A stretch of 64,000 nt of DNA from Eledone cirrhosa (Eukaryota). The notes under the pieces were generated by a model. It was given only the letters and a program-made list of their open reading frames with translations. It had not been told where the DNA came from and ran no database searches. Each line of letters starts with the position of its first letter. Position 1 is the first letter of the stretch. The position numbers and the translations under genes were made by a program. This document shows, in pieces, positions 1-13,869 of this stretch. The DNA lies in NCBI GenBank assembly GCA_964016885.1, contig OZ024744.1:33542001-33606000 (forward strand), written 5' to 3'.

Positions 1-618
1 AGCCACATTGTTGCCAGCTGCGAAAGAATGTCATCTCGCTACTACCTCCCCATGAGACACGATGGGATAGCTAGAACCATCTGGAACGCACTTCGGAAAA
101 CAAAATTAACAACAAACGAGGAAGAATATATTGAGACAGATGACACTAAGGAATACTGGTGGAACCTGAAAATAAAAACTGCCACCAAATTAAAGCACAA
201 CCGGCCTGATATTGTTGTTTGGGACCACACATTGAAAACGTGTTCTGTTGTGGAGATCAGCTGCCCACTTGATGTAAACGTTGTCAGAAAAATACAGAAG
301 GAGGACATCTACGGACCATTGATGAGGAGTTTACAAATCCAGTATCCAAGATACACCTTTAGCTTCATACCCATCATTATTGGAGCTACGGGTTATACAC
401 CAACATGCTTAGACCAAAGTATGACTGAACTTGGATTTGCGGACAAAAAGCGCAGCTCCCTAGTTCATAGTCTACAAATGGCTACGATAGCTGGTACCTT
501 CAAAATTTACAAAACATTCCTGCGATTCAAGGGATGACAATTTCTTTTCTTTTACAACCTTGCCACCAGGAAGGTGGCCGGTCAAAGAAATATACTCGAA
601 ATTAAGAGAAAGAGATAA
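1..618 (+). mobile_element. 3' part of R4/Dong-clade RLE non-LTR retrotransposon, family C (restriction-like endonuclease domain + 3' UTR)
   Basis: ORF 28-537 has RHD, HNRPDIVVWD, VVEISCP and IPIIIGATG RLE motifs. It ends ...GAGAAAGAGATAA followed by (CATA)n and is near-identical to 5585-6200. Confidence 0.9.
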
Positions 619-644
619 CATACATACATACATACATACATACA

Positions 645-1054
645 TGGTGGCTGCCAACTCGTTTTCGAGTACGGCCACTACTTTATATCAATGTAGGAGA
701 ACCCCTACTGATGCGCTGAACAAGTGTGACTTTTTAGTCCAGCCAGCGACTTGAAAACTCTGGTACAAACACTACACTTGTGACAATTATTGACACATAG
801 TGCTGGGCCCATGGTACCATGTGATGACAAGTGCAGAGAGATCTCCAGATATAAAGCAATGCCTGTGCTGTGAAGCTTTTATAGTGAGCAAAGGCACTGC
901 ACAAAGCCAGTCCCACTCTCTTAACCAAAATGATATTTACCAAAACGAAGAACAAGTCAACATCATTGGATACCATCAGGGTTGCAGGTGTTATATCAGA
1001 GTTTTCCTTCTCCTAGAATTCTGCCTTGACAAAGGCTAAGGGGTCATCTCTCCC
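645..1054 (-). mobile_element. ~410-bp non-autonomous short element (RTE-derived bipartite SINE-like), copy 1
   Basis: Near-identical copies at 7326, 13471 and 30631. The minus strand has the RTE 5'-UTR-like motif CTAGGAGAAGGAAAACTCTGA and a terminal stem-loop followed by (TGTA)n. Confidence 0.7.
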
Positions 1055-1111
1055 ATACATACATACATACATACATACATACATACATACATACATACAT
1101 ACATACATACA

Positions 1112-4100
1112 GACGCATATTTTGGCGTGGGAGACTATTTATTAAATTTAAGATGAATACTATCTCCGACAGTAATGCCACAACTACAGTCATGTTGAAT
1201 AACTGGTTATTCTTCTAACTATATCTTCTGAAGACACCTTTTATTCGAATTCGTAGAGATATCCGACTAAATACATAATTCATTTTACAAGGATTTGCTA
1301 CAAACAGCATGACTGAACACAACATCAACAACAAAATTGAGGAAGTATCGAAGACAAATAACAAGGATGGTAAACAAACTTTATTCAGTTGTAGCTACAG
1401 AAGAAACCGAAATTATAAATCGCATTTCTCTTGGAGTTGCGAACTTAATAATGATTTATTTAATTGTTATAAAATGGCAAAAAAACAATCCCTCCATTGT
1501 CTATAGGAACAGAATGAAGCAACACTGGGACGAAATGCACCCAGAGCTAAATTATTTCACAGCGAAACAATTATGCCAACAAGCGACGTTTGTTGAACGT
1601 AAAAATAAGATAAATATTATTAATTGTAAGTCCCCCACAACAAACATGGAATCAACAACACGTGCTACAGATCGCCATGCTACTAGACTTCCTAGCAGCC
1701 AGGTCGAACAGTGCCTTGAAACAACTATGCCTGTAAGAAACTTGACACCACGTGTACCATCTAAGTCTACCTCGAATGCTGGGGAAAACACTATAGATAA
1801 TAATAATAATCGAAGAAATAATAATAATAATCGAAGAAATTTGACACCACGTGTACCATCCGAGTCTACCTCGACTATTTTGGAAAATACTATCGATAAT
1901 GATAATAATCAAAAGTATAAACAATTGAACATTTTCCCTCAACGAAATCTTCCAGAGACAAATTAATTCATGTATAAATATTTCTCTTGCTGAACGGACT
2001 AAAACGACAATGTTTAATAAAAAAAACAAATAATGAAATATTACGTGTTATTGACGAAATAGGGGATGAATATTTACGACGAATAAAAACCCCAGCATTT
2101 TGGCAAATCAACGCCTGTTTATATGCCTTAGCAACGACAGTGAAGGTTTATCTTGGTGATAGCAGAGATATTAACAAGAACAAAACACCACCAAAAATAC
2201 CATCATATATAACTAAAATAGAAAAAAGATTGCTGACATACGAAAAACCATAGAATATGTGACAATGCTCCTTACATGCAAACACACACAAAAAACCTCA
2301 CTCCTCACCAACAAAGAGTGAAAAATAAAATAGAGACGATGTTTGGTAACAGTAGAACCAGAACTCTCCAATATAAGCTGATCACCCTCAAACAAGAATT
2401 GAGAGCTGTTAGCGAAAAACGCCGATACCTGAAGAAGGTAGATGAAAGTGCTTAATAAAAGATTTAGACGAAACCAAACATCAGTCAATAGAAATATGAA
2501 GGGCAAAATAATAAGTGTCACTGAAGCCCCATCCCAGAAAGACATAGATTCTTTTTGGAGAAAAATATGGGGTGAAAAGAAGAATTTCAACCAAGATGGA
2601 GTGTGGCTAAGGGAAATCCGAAAGAACTATTGCTCCTACACTACAACAAAAACATACGAAATAAGTGAGGGTACTCTTGAGACTGTGATAGGAAAACTCC
2701 AAGATAAGAAAACACCAGAAAGAGACACGATTGTCGGCTACTGGTACAAAAAACTGATATTCTATCGGAGGTATCTTACTGACCTCTACCAACAAGTTCT
2801 TAAGGGAGATACACTTATACCAGAATGGTTTACATTAGCACAAACATTACTGGTCCCCAAGAACAAAGACACCCACTTGGAAAAAACACTACCGATCCAT
2901 TGCATGCCAGGACCTGAGGTATAAGATGTATAGAGCCTGCCTGAACCTATTCCTCCAAGATCACTGTGAAAATAATAACATCATCACAGATGAACAAGCA
3001 GCTGGAAAGAAAGGTGTTTGGGGATATGCTGAACAGCTCCTAATCAACAAAACTACGATGTCGGAGGTGCGACAACTTAGGAGGAATATGGCTACAGTCT
3101 GGCTAGACTTCAGCAAAGCTTTCGATTCTGTTCCACTTTTGGATGATAGAGGCCTCCAACTTGCTAAAGTCCCAGACATTATTGTCAGAGCCACAGAGAG
3201 GCTGTCTTCTTCTTGGGCTGCTACTATCCCAATGTTAAAGACAAGAGGACTCTATTTTCACTGATAAAATAAAACATTGCATGGGTATATTTCAGGGGGA
3301 CAGTCTCTCTGTGATATTATACATCTTGTCATTAAACGCCTTGTCCTTTCTGCTCAAGAAATGTGAGACTACTTCATAGGTTTAGAGGAGGACAGAAATA
3401 CGAATCTAACCCATAATTTCTTCGAAGACGATCTGAAACTCTACGCCAAGAACATGGATGGGATGAAGAAAAATCTTGACCTGGTTACAACGTTCTCAAA
3501 GGATATAGGAATCGAGTTTGGCCAAGATAAATGCTCATACATGACTGTAAAGCGAGGAAAAACAACAACACAATCTAGGAACATTGTCATCAATGGTCTA
3601 ACTGTTTCACCGATATCTGATGAGGACTGCTATAGATACCTGGGGATAGAAGAGAACATATCCTATAATGGGATCTGTAATAAAGAACGTGTAACCAGGG
3701 AATACTACACCCGATTAAGAAAGATCTGGTCATCGGAACTCTCTGCGCAAAACAAAACAGTGGCTCACAATGTGTTTGCTGTGCCTGTCCTAACACCAAC
3801 GTTTAGAATACTCAATTGGACGATAAACGAAATCCGAGCAGTTGATGTTGGAACTCGAAAAATACTAAACAACACCGGAAACTTCCACATCAACAGTGAC
3901 ATAGACTGACTTTACTTGAAACGTAAAAAGGGAGACAGAGGCCTAACATCAGTCCAGACAACATTTGAATGTCGCATCATATCTCTCCGACATCTACGAA
4001 CCTCGAAGCGTAGGAGCCCGTTTCTCGAGCAAGTCTATCTGCATGAAACAGATAAGATCATGAGAGTTGGGAAGGAACTGCTCGAGAGATATTCCCTGTG

Positions 4101-5209
4101 TGATAATCAAAAACTCACACCCAGTGATGGCGCTCAGCAGTATCGCAGTGAATCCATGGATGAAAAACTGCATGCCTATCAGCAAAAAATCATGGATATA
4201 TTGCCAGGAAGCTCCAGAGTGAGAGTAATATAGATAAGGAAAGTAGTCTATCTTGGACCAACAACCGCTATATTGGCTCCCACTTTGAAGGATACGCTTT
4301 TGCAATCCAAGAACAGGAAATTAACACGAAATACCTGATTCACAAAAGAGATAGGGATGCAGGCTAAACAACTAGATGTGATAACAAATGCAGACTCTGC
4401 AAAACTAACATCAAGGATATCACGCATGTCATCAGCAGCTGTCCAAAGATGTCACCACAGTACAATCTACCTATGAGGCATGATGTAGTGGCCAAAGCAC
4501 TGTACAATGCAGTTCGTAAAAAAAGATAGCCCCGATAAGAAACTCATTAAAAGCTACAGCAATGTGGAAGACATCCATGTACATAATATGAAAGAGTACT
4601 GGTGGAATGTTCCAGTAAAACCCACAATAAAATGCAAGCATAACAGACCAGATATTATGATATGGGACAGGGAGAAGAAAACATGCACAGTAGTTGAAAT
4701 TAGCTGCCCAGCAGATGCCAATATAATATCAAAGATTAGCGGAAAGGAGAATATTTATGCAGAACTGATGAGAAATCTGCAGATACTCCACCCTGATTAC
4801 ACCTTCAGATTTATGCCTGTGATTATTGGGGCACTGGGGTATGTTAGTAACTGTCTCAATACAAATCTTGAGAAGCTAGGCTTCACAGGAACAGAAAGAA
4901 CACAACTAGTTAGGAAATTACAAGTACAATCCATTAATGGAACAGCAAAAATATGTAAAACATTCCAGAAATGTTGCATCTAATAACTGCATATACACAT
5001 GTACAGATACAAAGCATATACACATGCACACATACAACTCAAAACATAGACATCCACACATACAATAACATCCATATCTACACATGCAGACATACATATC
5101 TACCTAGTTGATGTTGTGTAAATTCCAATAAGAGAGTTTTGTGTCTATGTTAGAAACCGACTCTCTCTCTCTATTGGTAAAACTTTGTGAAATTATAAAA
5201 CCAGAAGAA
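1112..5209 (+). mobile_element. Near full-length degenerate R4/Dong-clade RLE non-LTR retrotransposon, family B
   Basis: Frameshifted fragments 1309-4983: N-terminal W..ELN..L..CY/YRNRM...W domain, RT ([26 protein letters not shown]), CRLC zinc knuckle and HNRPDIMIWD/VEISCP RLE. (TACA)n-type repeats lie on both sides. Confidence 0.9.
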
Positions 5210-5256
5210 CATATATACATATATACATTCATACATATATTCATACATACATACAC

Positions 5257-6200
5257 AGAGAGATATGGAATAAAGCCTGATATAAATCTCTCACCCAGAG
5301 AAATCGGAAGATCCTATTCAATGTTCAAACAAGATGAAAAAATTGACCAATTTACAGAAAAAGTTGTGCATGGATACTTGAGGCGTAAAACAAAGACCAT
5401 AGAGGGGATAAACCACTCAAAAAGCCTGGCATGGAGTTCCGAAAAGTTTATGACATCACACCTTGAGGGATATCTCTATGCAATACAGGAACAAGAACTC
5501 CCTACCAAATATTTACTGCACAACAGAGGAGGGCCAGCAGCTGACAATAAATGTAGGCTATGTAAAACAAAGATCGAGGATGTAAGCCACATTGTTGCCA
5601 GCTGCGAAAGAATGTCATCTTGCTACTACCTCCCCATGAGACACGATGGGATAGCTAGAACCATCTGGAATGCACTTCGCAAAATAAAATTAACAACAAA
5701 CGAGGAAGAATATATTGAGACAGATGGCACTAAGGAATACTGGTGGAACCTGAAAATAAAAACTGCCACCAAATTAAAGCACAACCGGCCTGATATTGTA
5801 GTTTGGGACCACACATTGAAAACGTGTTCTGTTGTGGAGATCAGCTGCCCACTTGATGTAAACGTTGTCAGAAAAATACAGAAGGATGACATCTACGGAC
5901 CATTGATGAGGAGTTTACAAATCCAGTATCCAAGATACACCTTTAGCTTCATACCCATCATTATTGGAGCTACGGGTTATATACCAACCCGCTTGGACCA
6001 GTGTATAACTGAACTTGGATTTGCGGACAAAAAGCGCAGCTCCCTAATTCATAGTCTACAAATGGCTGCGATAGCTGGCACCTTTAAAATTTGCAAAACA
6101 TTCTTGCGATTCAAGGGATGAGAATTTCTTTTCTTTTACAACCTTGCCACCAGGAAGGTGGCCGGTCAAAAATATATACTCGAAATTAAGAGAAAGAGAA
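5257..6200 (+). mobile_element. 5'-truncated R4/Dong-clade RLE element, family C, copy 2
   Basis: AIQEQEL, CRLCK..EDVSHIVASC (CCHC), RHD and RPD..E..P motifs. Same 3' end as 1-618, followed by CA/TACA repeats. Confidence 0.9.
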
Positions 6201-6720
6201 AACACACATATTCATACATACATACGCAAACATAATACTCACACACACACATACACATACACATATACAAACACAAATATATTCATACATAGATACAAAC
6301 ATATATACATACACACGCACATACATGCACACACACACAAATACATACATACACACATTCATACACACACACCACACACATACATAGATGCATACATACA
6401 TACTTACAACCAACCAAATTTCCCTCCTTTTTTATTTATTCTTCATAAGAGGTCATTGTGTATTTGCATTGAGAGATTAAGGAAGAACAAGCGCGCCCTT
6501 TCTGTTTACTTTAAAAACAGAAGGGTTCGCCAGCTGAAGCCCTCAGGCTGGTTTTTCTCACTGGTGTTGGATCCAATTGTTTTATTGTTACCTTCTTTGT
6601 GTGAAGGCATGCCCTACATTGTTACATCTTTAACAAGAGAATTATCAAGTACGCCAGCATATACTATGTATATATATATATATATATATACATATATATA
6701 TTTATATATATTTGAGTGTT

Positions 6721-6794
<74 letters not shown>

Positions 6795-6796
6795 TC

Positions 6797-6830
<34 letters not shown>

Positions 6831-7180
6831 ATGCATATAAACAAAGAATATACATATATGTATAGATAAATATAACGACTGTGTGTGTGTGTGTGTACAA
6901 CAAAGCGAAAATAGTGGCGCGAAATATGATTTATATTATTTCGTTTTATTTTATCGTGTATATTTTTAGTCTGTTTTTATTTTATACTACTGAGACAAAA
7001 GGCAATTGACACCTCTCACTTTCATGTTTGTGTGTTGCTTGCATATACGGTATATATATATATATATATATATATACATAAATATACATATATATATATG
7101 TGTGTGTATATATATATGTAGGAGGTGATTTAAAACTTCACTATTCACAAGTGTTTATAAGCTTCATATCATGTATCCCG

Positions 7181-7249
7181 ATTTTATCTGATGAAAACGC
7201 AGATATCATCCCATGATAATATTTGTTTTTGAAATGCGCATAATAAAAT
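7181..7249 (+). ncRNA. Type-I hammerhead ribozyme in a solo Penelope pLTR-like fragment
   Basis: Stem I ATTTTAT/ATAAAAT, core CTGATGA, extended stem II, GAAA, palindromic stem III ATGCGCAT, AUA cleavage triplet. Confidence 0.8.
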
Positions 7250-7325
7250 AGTTGGAATTCTTTTAACCATCTTTTGATCTTATATTATATATATATATAT
7301 ATATATATATTTACATATATATATA

Positions 7326-7735
7326 TGGTGGCTGCCAACTCGTTTTCGAGTACGGCCACTACTTTATATCCATGTAGGAGAACCCCTACCGATGCGCTGA
7401 ACGAGTGTGACTTTTTAGTCCACCCAGCGACTTGAAAACTCTGGCACAAACACTACACTTGTGACAATTATTGACACATAGTGCTGGGCCCATGGTACCA
7501 TGTGACGACAAGTAAAGGGAGATCTCCAGATATAAAGCAATGCCTGTGCCGTGAAGCTTTTATAGTGAGCAAAGGCACTGCACAAAGCCAGTCCCACTCT
7601 CTTAACTAAGATGATATTTACCAAAAAGAAGAACAAGTCAACATCATTGGATACCATCAGGGTTGCAGGTGTTATATCAGAGTTTTCCTTCTCCTAGAAT
7701 TCTGCCTTGACAAAGGCTACGGGGTCATCTCTCCC
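7326..7735 (-). mobile_element. ~410-bp RTE-derived short element, copy 2
   Basis: Near-identical to 645-1054 with the same two termini. Confidence 0.75.
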
Positions 7736-7798
7736 TGTGTGTGTGTGCATAGAACAATAAAAAAACAGAAGACGCATGTAGGTAGATAGTTAGTTCAT

Positions 7799-7934
7799 TG
7801 TTTTACGATCGTTTCAGAGGTTCGATTGATCAAATCAATGGAGATAGATGCATCGACTAGCATGGTAGTGGTTAAGTTACTATCTATTTATAGTCTCGAA
7901 ATGTCTGTTCAATCGGCCGTCTTTCTCAGAAACA
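7799..7934 (-). ncRNA. Variant hammerhead ribozyme with long stem-II insertion
   Basis: Minus strand reads TGTTT-CTGAGAA-AGA...(~110 nt)...TCT-GAAA-CGATCG-TA-AAACA. Stem III is palindromic; the core deviates from CUGANGA. Confidence 0.5.
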
Positions 7935-8215
7935 ACAATTTGCTTTTGTTTCTTTAACTCCATATCGTTCAGTTCACCAGACGATGGTTGTATCATGCAA
8001 AACTTCATCTAAGCTAAGTCAGATTTGCACATTTCAAAACGGTTCTCTATGCGAATGAATTAAAAAAAATATTATTCTATGCAGCTGTAAGTGCTAGGAT
8101 CAGCATTTTGAAAAAAACGACATTGTAACATGTCGGTCTAGGTCAGAAATGAATAAATAAAAAAATAATAATAATAATGATGATGATGATGATGATGATG
8201 ATGATAATAATAATA

Positions 8216-8272
<57 letters not shown>

Positions 8273-8536
8273 TGGAACTTGTACGTAATGTCTAGCCTCG
8301 TTAACTTGGGTAGAAAAATAAAGATTGACCTTGGATATTTGAAAACCTTATAAGGGGGATGTTTGTGTGTGTATAAGGGGGGAGGGGTTGTATTGAATGT
8401 GTTCCCATACGACGATTAACATTAGAAAATATACCGTACATTATCATGCAAATTCAATTAAGAGTTTGAAAGGAAAGGAAAACTTCTATATAAATTATAA
8501 ATGGAAAATGAAAGGAAGCCATTATATTTGTGTGCG

Positions 8537-9045
<509 letters not shown>

Positions 9046-9142
9046 GAGACCGGCAGACAGACACACAAGGAGCGTTGTCAGGCAAGACCCATACCTACTT
9101 AGGGATTAATTATCCTGCATAATCAAAGACTGGATGATGATG

Positions 9143-9199
<57 letters not shown>

Positions 9200-9208
9200 G
9201 TGGTGATA

Positions 9209-9254
<46 letters not shown>

Positions 9255-9320
9255 CAAAGAAACGACAAACTGGTACAAAAAGTCTTATTAGTTTTAGGCT
9301 ATATATGGAAAAGTGGAAAG

Positions 9321-9353
9321 TTAAACGTGTCGGGCTTTAGCCCTTCTTCAGAA
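9321..9353 (-). ncRNA. Degenerate minimal Penelope-type hammerhead (GAAA>GACA)
   Basis: Minus strand reads CTGAAGA-AGGGC-TAAA-GCCC-GACA-CGTT and resembles the intact motif at 25541-25570. Confidence 0.55.
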
Positions 9354-9410
9354 TTACACAAACTGAGACAGGATCACACAGGATAGATACAGAAATAAAA
9401 GGTAGTTATG

Positions 9411-9454
<44 letters not shown>

Positions 9455-9709
9455 TACATATATATATACACACATATATATATATATATTAGAAAGAATC
9501 AGGGCCCGACGGCTGAGCTGACAGGTCTGTGATTTATATTTTGTTGGTGTTTGCATGTGAAATGAATGTTTTATGCATGGTGAAAGGAAGTTCTTTCTTT
9601 GATATACAGTACTAAAATAACAGAAAAGTAGTTATAATATATTGTTATAAGCAAAACACCCGAACACAAAACAAACAAAAACACCCACACACGCATAAAT
9701 ACACATTCA

Positions 9710-9768
9710 TGTATAAATATATGCATAATATAATATGTATGTGTGTCTGTATATATATTTATATAATT

Positions 9769-9801
<33 letters not shown>

Positions 9802-9916
9802 TTATATAATTCATATATATATATGTATATATATGTATATATATTTATGTATATAGGTACATATATATATGTATATATATGTATGTATATACATACATAT
9901 ATATATATATACATAT

Positions 9917-9964
<48 letters not shown>

Positions 9965-10047
9965 TAATATATGCACACACACACATATATATGCATATAT
10001 ATATATATTCATATATGCACACACACAGACACACACAGGACGCGCAC

Positions 10048-10078
<31 letters not shown>

Positions 10079-10265
10079 CATTTATATGTAAATAGTACAT
10101 ACATACAAATGCGTATATATGCGTATATATACATTTATGTATATGTGTATATACAAACACACCCACAGAGAGAGAGAGAGAGAGAGAGGGTGAGAAAGAG
10201 AGAGAGAGATAGAGAGAGAGGGAAAGAAAGAGAGGTACACACACATATATATGTATATATAATAT
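9710..10265. repeat. Degenerate (TA)n/(CA)n/(GA)n microsatellite block
   Basis: Read directly from the sequence. Confidence 0.9.
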
Positions 10266-10510
10266 ACAAACATGCATTACTTTACATTTTAACCTGTTAT
10301 ACGGAAGGAAGTGTCTGATGACAATAGCAGCGTGTATGTTTTGCTTACATAATATACACAAACGAGCAGTCATTCCCAGCGCAATAGAAATGGAATTGTC
10401 ACTACAACCTTGCGCTAGACACACCCACAGACACAGACAAATATATGTATGAACACACGCGCAAGCACCCATTCACGAAAACACGTTGACGTACACCTAT
10501 ATATATATGT

Positions 10511-10681
10511 ACAGGCCTGTCAACTCTCCCCGTCGGACGGGGAGATCTCCCACCCACTTCTCTTGTAAAAATTGGTATAGCTTATGTAAACTCTCCCCAA
10601 TTTTGCCTCATTTCTCCCTATTTTGGAGGCACTTTTTTTCATGGTACTCCCCGCTTAGGTTTTTAGAAGTTAGCAGGTCCG
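10511..10681 (+). mobile_element. MITE-like element with CAG(A/G)CCTGTCAAC-type termini, copy 1
   Basis: Reverse-complement homolog of 11188-11329. The right terminal inverted repeat is degenerate and no clear TSD is visible. Confidence 0.55.
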
Positions 10682-10861
10682 CAATGTATGTGTAAGGTAT
10701 GTATGTAATTATGAAAGATTTATAAGAAACAAGAAAAATATTTTAAAAAAAGAAACAAGATGAGTTACATGAAAATTAAACAAACAGATGAAACGATTTT
10801 GAAATGTTTTGAAATAATAATTTCTTACATCTAACGTGTAACAAAGATATTATAAGATAAT

Positions 10862-11032
10862 TGTTTCTACTTTAGGTATAAGGCCAGCAATTATCCCAGT
10901 ACATTACTGGTACTTTATTTTATCGACCCCGTAAGGGGGAAAGGCAAAGTTAACCTCGGCGGGATTCGAACTCAGAATGGCAAGGGCCGTAACTCTATGC
11001 GCCAAAGCATAGCGTCCGACACTCTACCGATT
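10862..11032 (-). mobile_element. tRNA-derived SINE, 5'-truncated, with 18-bp TSD
   Basis: B-box-like GAGTTCGAATCCC on the minus strand. Direct repeat AAGATATTATAAGATAAT at 10844-10861 and 11033-11050. Second copy at 21731-21890. Confidence 0.8.
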
Positions 11033-11187
11033 AAGATATTATAAGATAATGTTTTGAAATGTTAGAATGATGATATATATATTTAAACAAACAAACACCA
11101 TAAACAAGAAAAAAACATGAAAAAATATACATAAAAATAATACGTCTACCACACACAAAATGTAATAAAATTGACTGGCAATATTGC

Positions 11188-11329
11188 CAGACATGTCAAC
11201 CTCTAAAAACCCAAATGCGGGGTATCATGACAAAAGGGTCCCAAAACGGAGAGAAACGAGGCAAAATGGGGAGAATTTACAAAGTGGGTGGGAGATCTCC
11301 TCGTCGGACGAGGAGTGTTGACAGGTCTG
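11188..11329 (-). mobile_element. MITE-like element, copy 2 (TIR CAGACATGTCAAC...GTTGACAGGTCTG)
   Basis: 13-bp terminal inverted repeat with one mismatch; homologous to 10511-10681. Confidence 0.65.
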
Positions 11330-11365
11330 TATTGGTATGTGCACTAAGAAGAGTATATGTGCGTG

Positions 11366-11366
<1 letters not shown>

Positions 11367-11403
<37 letters not shown>

Positions 11404-12335
11404 TTCGTTTAACTTCCATCTTCCACGCTTGCATGGGTTTGGACAGGAGTTTTCCCACTTGAGGCAAGAGTGGTTGTCTTGCTCATATAGGACTGTCTGG
11501 CAGGTTTTCTACATCTGGATGCCCTTCCTAACACCAACCACATTTACAGTGTGGAACTGGGAGGTTTTTACCGTGTTACCTACACGGCCACATTACAGCG
11601 TGGACTGTGTGTTTTTTTGTCGTGACACCTACACGACCTCATTTGTTTCGGGCTGGATGTTGTGGTACCAACATAACTTTACATTGAAAGGGGCGGTGTG
11701 GATGGGGTGGGGTAGTGGGACGGGGGTGTATTTTGTTAGAGGTGCCTACTGACTGTAGTAGGTTTCACTTTGTACTTAGGTAAGGCGGGTCTTCTCTATT
11801 ACTGTGTAGCGCCAAAGATCTCGGTCCAATGACATTGTCTTGGAGAAGTGTGTGAGGTCGGAATTTATCAAGTCGTCCCAGGTTTTTCTGGGTCTGCCTA
11901 CTCCGTGGCTACCGTCTATTTTTATTTCCCTGCACTTTTTTATACAGCTGTCGTCTTTCATGCGCATCACGTGACCATACCAACGTAGTCTTCTCTCGAG
12001 TAAACAACATCTGATCCCTCTTATTTCTAATTTCTCCCTTAGTTCATTTATGCTTTGCCGTTCACGTATATTACTATTACACATCCAGCGGAGCATGCAA
12101 GCTTCGTTCCTCTCCAGTCTGCGTATATCCTCTGCATACAATGCCCACGTCTCACTGCCATGTAACATTGCTGTTCGTATGCAGGCATCATACAGCCTGC
12201 CTTTCATTTTTAGAGAGAACCCTTTAGCGGCTAATAGTGATATATGCTCTCTGAACTTTTTCCATCCAGTTCTGACTCTAGCTACTGTACTTTCAGAGCA
12301 CCCTCCCCCACTGCTGATTTTATCACCCAGGTAAC
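11367..12335 (-). mobile_element. 5'-truncated RTE-clade LINE (RT C-terminus + 3' UTR + (GAT)n tail)
   Basis: ORF 11776-12207 has MLHGSETW, RLRWYGHVMR and GRPRKTW, typical of the RTE ORF end. (GAT)n tail on the minus strand. Confidence 0.85.
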
Positions 12336-12375
12336 GGGTGTATATTGTTATAAATATATATATATATATATATAT

Positions 12376-12538
12376 TAAAATAACAGATTAAAGTTTAAGC
12401 AAAGAATCGCTGATTTCACCCTTAACGGGATCTTCTGTTATTTTAATAAATATTTGCTCTACGGTTCTTATATATTTGATATATATATTTATCCTTATCG
12501 AGCCCTCTTTGGATTTTAGTCTTCACATTTATTATTAT

Positions 12539-12543
<5 letters not shown>
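12376..12543. mobile_element. Fold-back fragment of the PLE-1 pLTR
   Basis: An inverted piece of the pLTR ribozyme region is joined through TCTG microhomology to the forward pLTR 3' end (cf. 18495-18652). It sits within (TA)n. Confidence 0.75.
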
Positions 12544-12621
<78 letters not shown>

Positions 12622-12623
<2 letters not shown>

Positions 12624-13230
12624 GCCATCGCTTGGTACTTAAGCATGAGCATCACCGACGTGGCACTTTAGTCCTGCTATGGGCTTGCCTCTGGCCAACA
12701 ATACCATGCATCGCAAAAATTTCTCATATCAAGCGATGCCTGTGCTTGAAGATTTTTTAAGTGAGGGAAGTCTTTGCACGGAGCCAATCTCACACTCAGA
12801 ACATGAAATACATTTACCCCAAAAAGAAGAACATTATTAGATGTAAACGAAGTTACAGGTTTTATATCAGAGTGACCTTCTCCTAGAGTGACCTTAATGA
12901 AGACTAGGAGTATCTAGCTCCATAAAAATACTTTATTGGATGTCTGATGACTCTCCTGAGTTCCTACGGCCTTTGACGGGCGTTGTTTCATCCCGCGGGG
13001 CGTCTAAAACCACCTTCCTCGCCAAGCAAGCTTAGTGAGGTTGCCAATTTAGTCGCCGAAGAGTCGACCTTGCACAGGTTGTACTGGGTTACATTTCTTT
13101 CTACTAAGTTCCACATAAAAGTCATTGGTCAACTCGCGGCTAGAGAATACATCCAGCAAAAGTACCAGACAGTGAAAGTGAACCCAGAACCCGGGAGTTG
13201 GGAATAAAGTTGTTGAACCACACAGCCATA
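12622..13230 (-). mobile_element. Composite SINE: tRNA-like head + RTE-derived body + (AC)n tail
   Basis: The minus strand starts TGGCTGTGTGGTT...GGGTTCAC (A/B-box-like). It contains CTAGGAGAAGGTCACTCTGATATAAAACCTG and blocks homologous to the 410-bp element. Confidence 0.55.
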
Positions 13231-13470
13231 TCTTCACCTATCTCTTAGTAATTTTATTATAACAGATTTGAAATAAGAATCATAAGTGGAAGACGTAAAA
13301 TATAAAAAGGTACTTATTACTGTGTAGTAGAAGGCCATGTGTTAGTGCTGGTGATAGTGAGCAGCGCTATTATATTTCTTTATATTGTTAATATTATAAT
13401 AAATGATCGGTAAACCCATACGTACATATCTATATGTGTGTATGTATGTATGTATATACAAACATACATT

Positions 13471-13869
13471 AGCCTTAGCCTTAGTCAAGGCAGAATTCTA
13501 GGAGAAGGAAAACTCTGATATAACACCTGCAACTCTGATGGTATCCAATGATGTTGACTTGTTCTTCTTTTTGGTAAATATCATCTTGGTTAAGAGAGTG
13601 GGACTGGCTTTGTGCAGTGCCTTTGCTCACTATAAAAGCTTCACGGCACAGACATTGCTTTATATCTGGAGATCTCTCTGCACTTGTCATCACAGGGTAC
13701 AATGGGCCCAGCATTATGTGTCAATAATTGTCACAAGTGTAGTGTTTGTACCAGAGTTTTCAAGTGGCTGGCTGGACTAAAATGTCACACTCGTTCAGCG
13801 CATCGGTAGGGGTTCTCCTACATGGATATAAAGTAGTGGCCGTACTCGAAAACGAGTTGGCAGCCACCA
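13471..13869 (+). mobile_element. ~410-bp RTE-derived short element, copy 3 (opposite orientation)
   Basis: Reverse complement of 645-1040. Confidence 0.75.

Noticed and set aside
734-1039. 80-aa ORFs recurring in the 410-bp element
   Set aside because: No recognisable motif and variable starts. Recurrence is explained by DNA-level identity of the copies.
5141-5256. N-terminal part of ORF 5141-6121
   Set aside because: Chance read-through from the family B 3' UTR and microsatellite into the family C fragment.
6490-6562. Two adjacent hairpins with CTGGCGA on the minus strand
   Set aside because: No GAAA or stem III for a hammerhead and no HDV topology; single occurrence.
9085-9125. Possible host micro-exon on the minus strand (TGCAG|...|GTATGG)
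   Set aside because: Stops occur in all frames and there is no supporting neighbouring exon; it cannot be supported without RNA data.
10312-10405. CTGATGA motif
   Set aside because: No correctly placed GAAA with closing stems.
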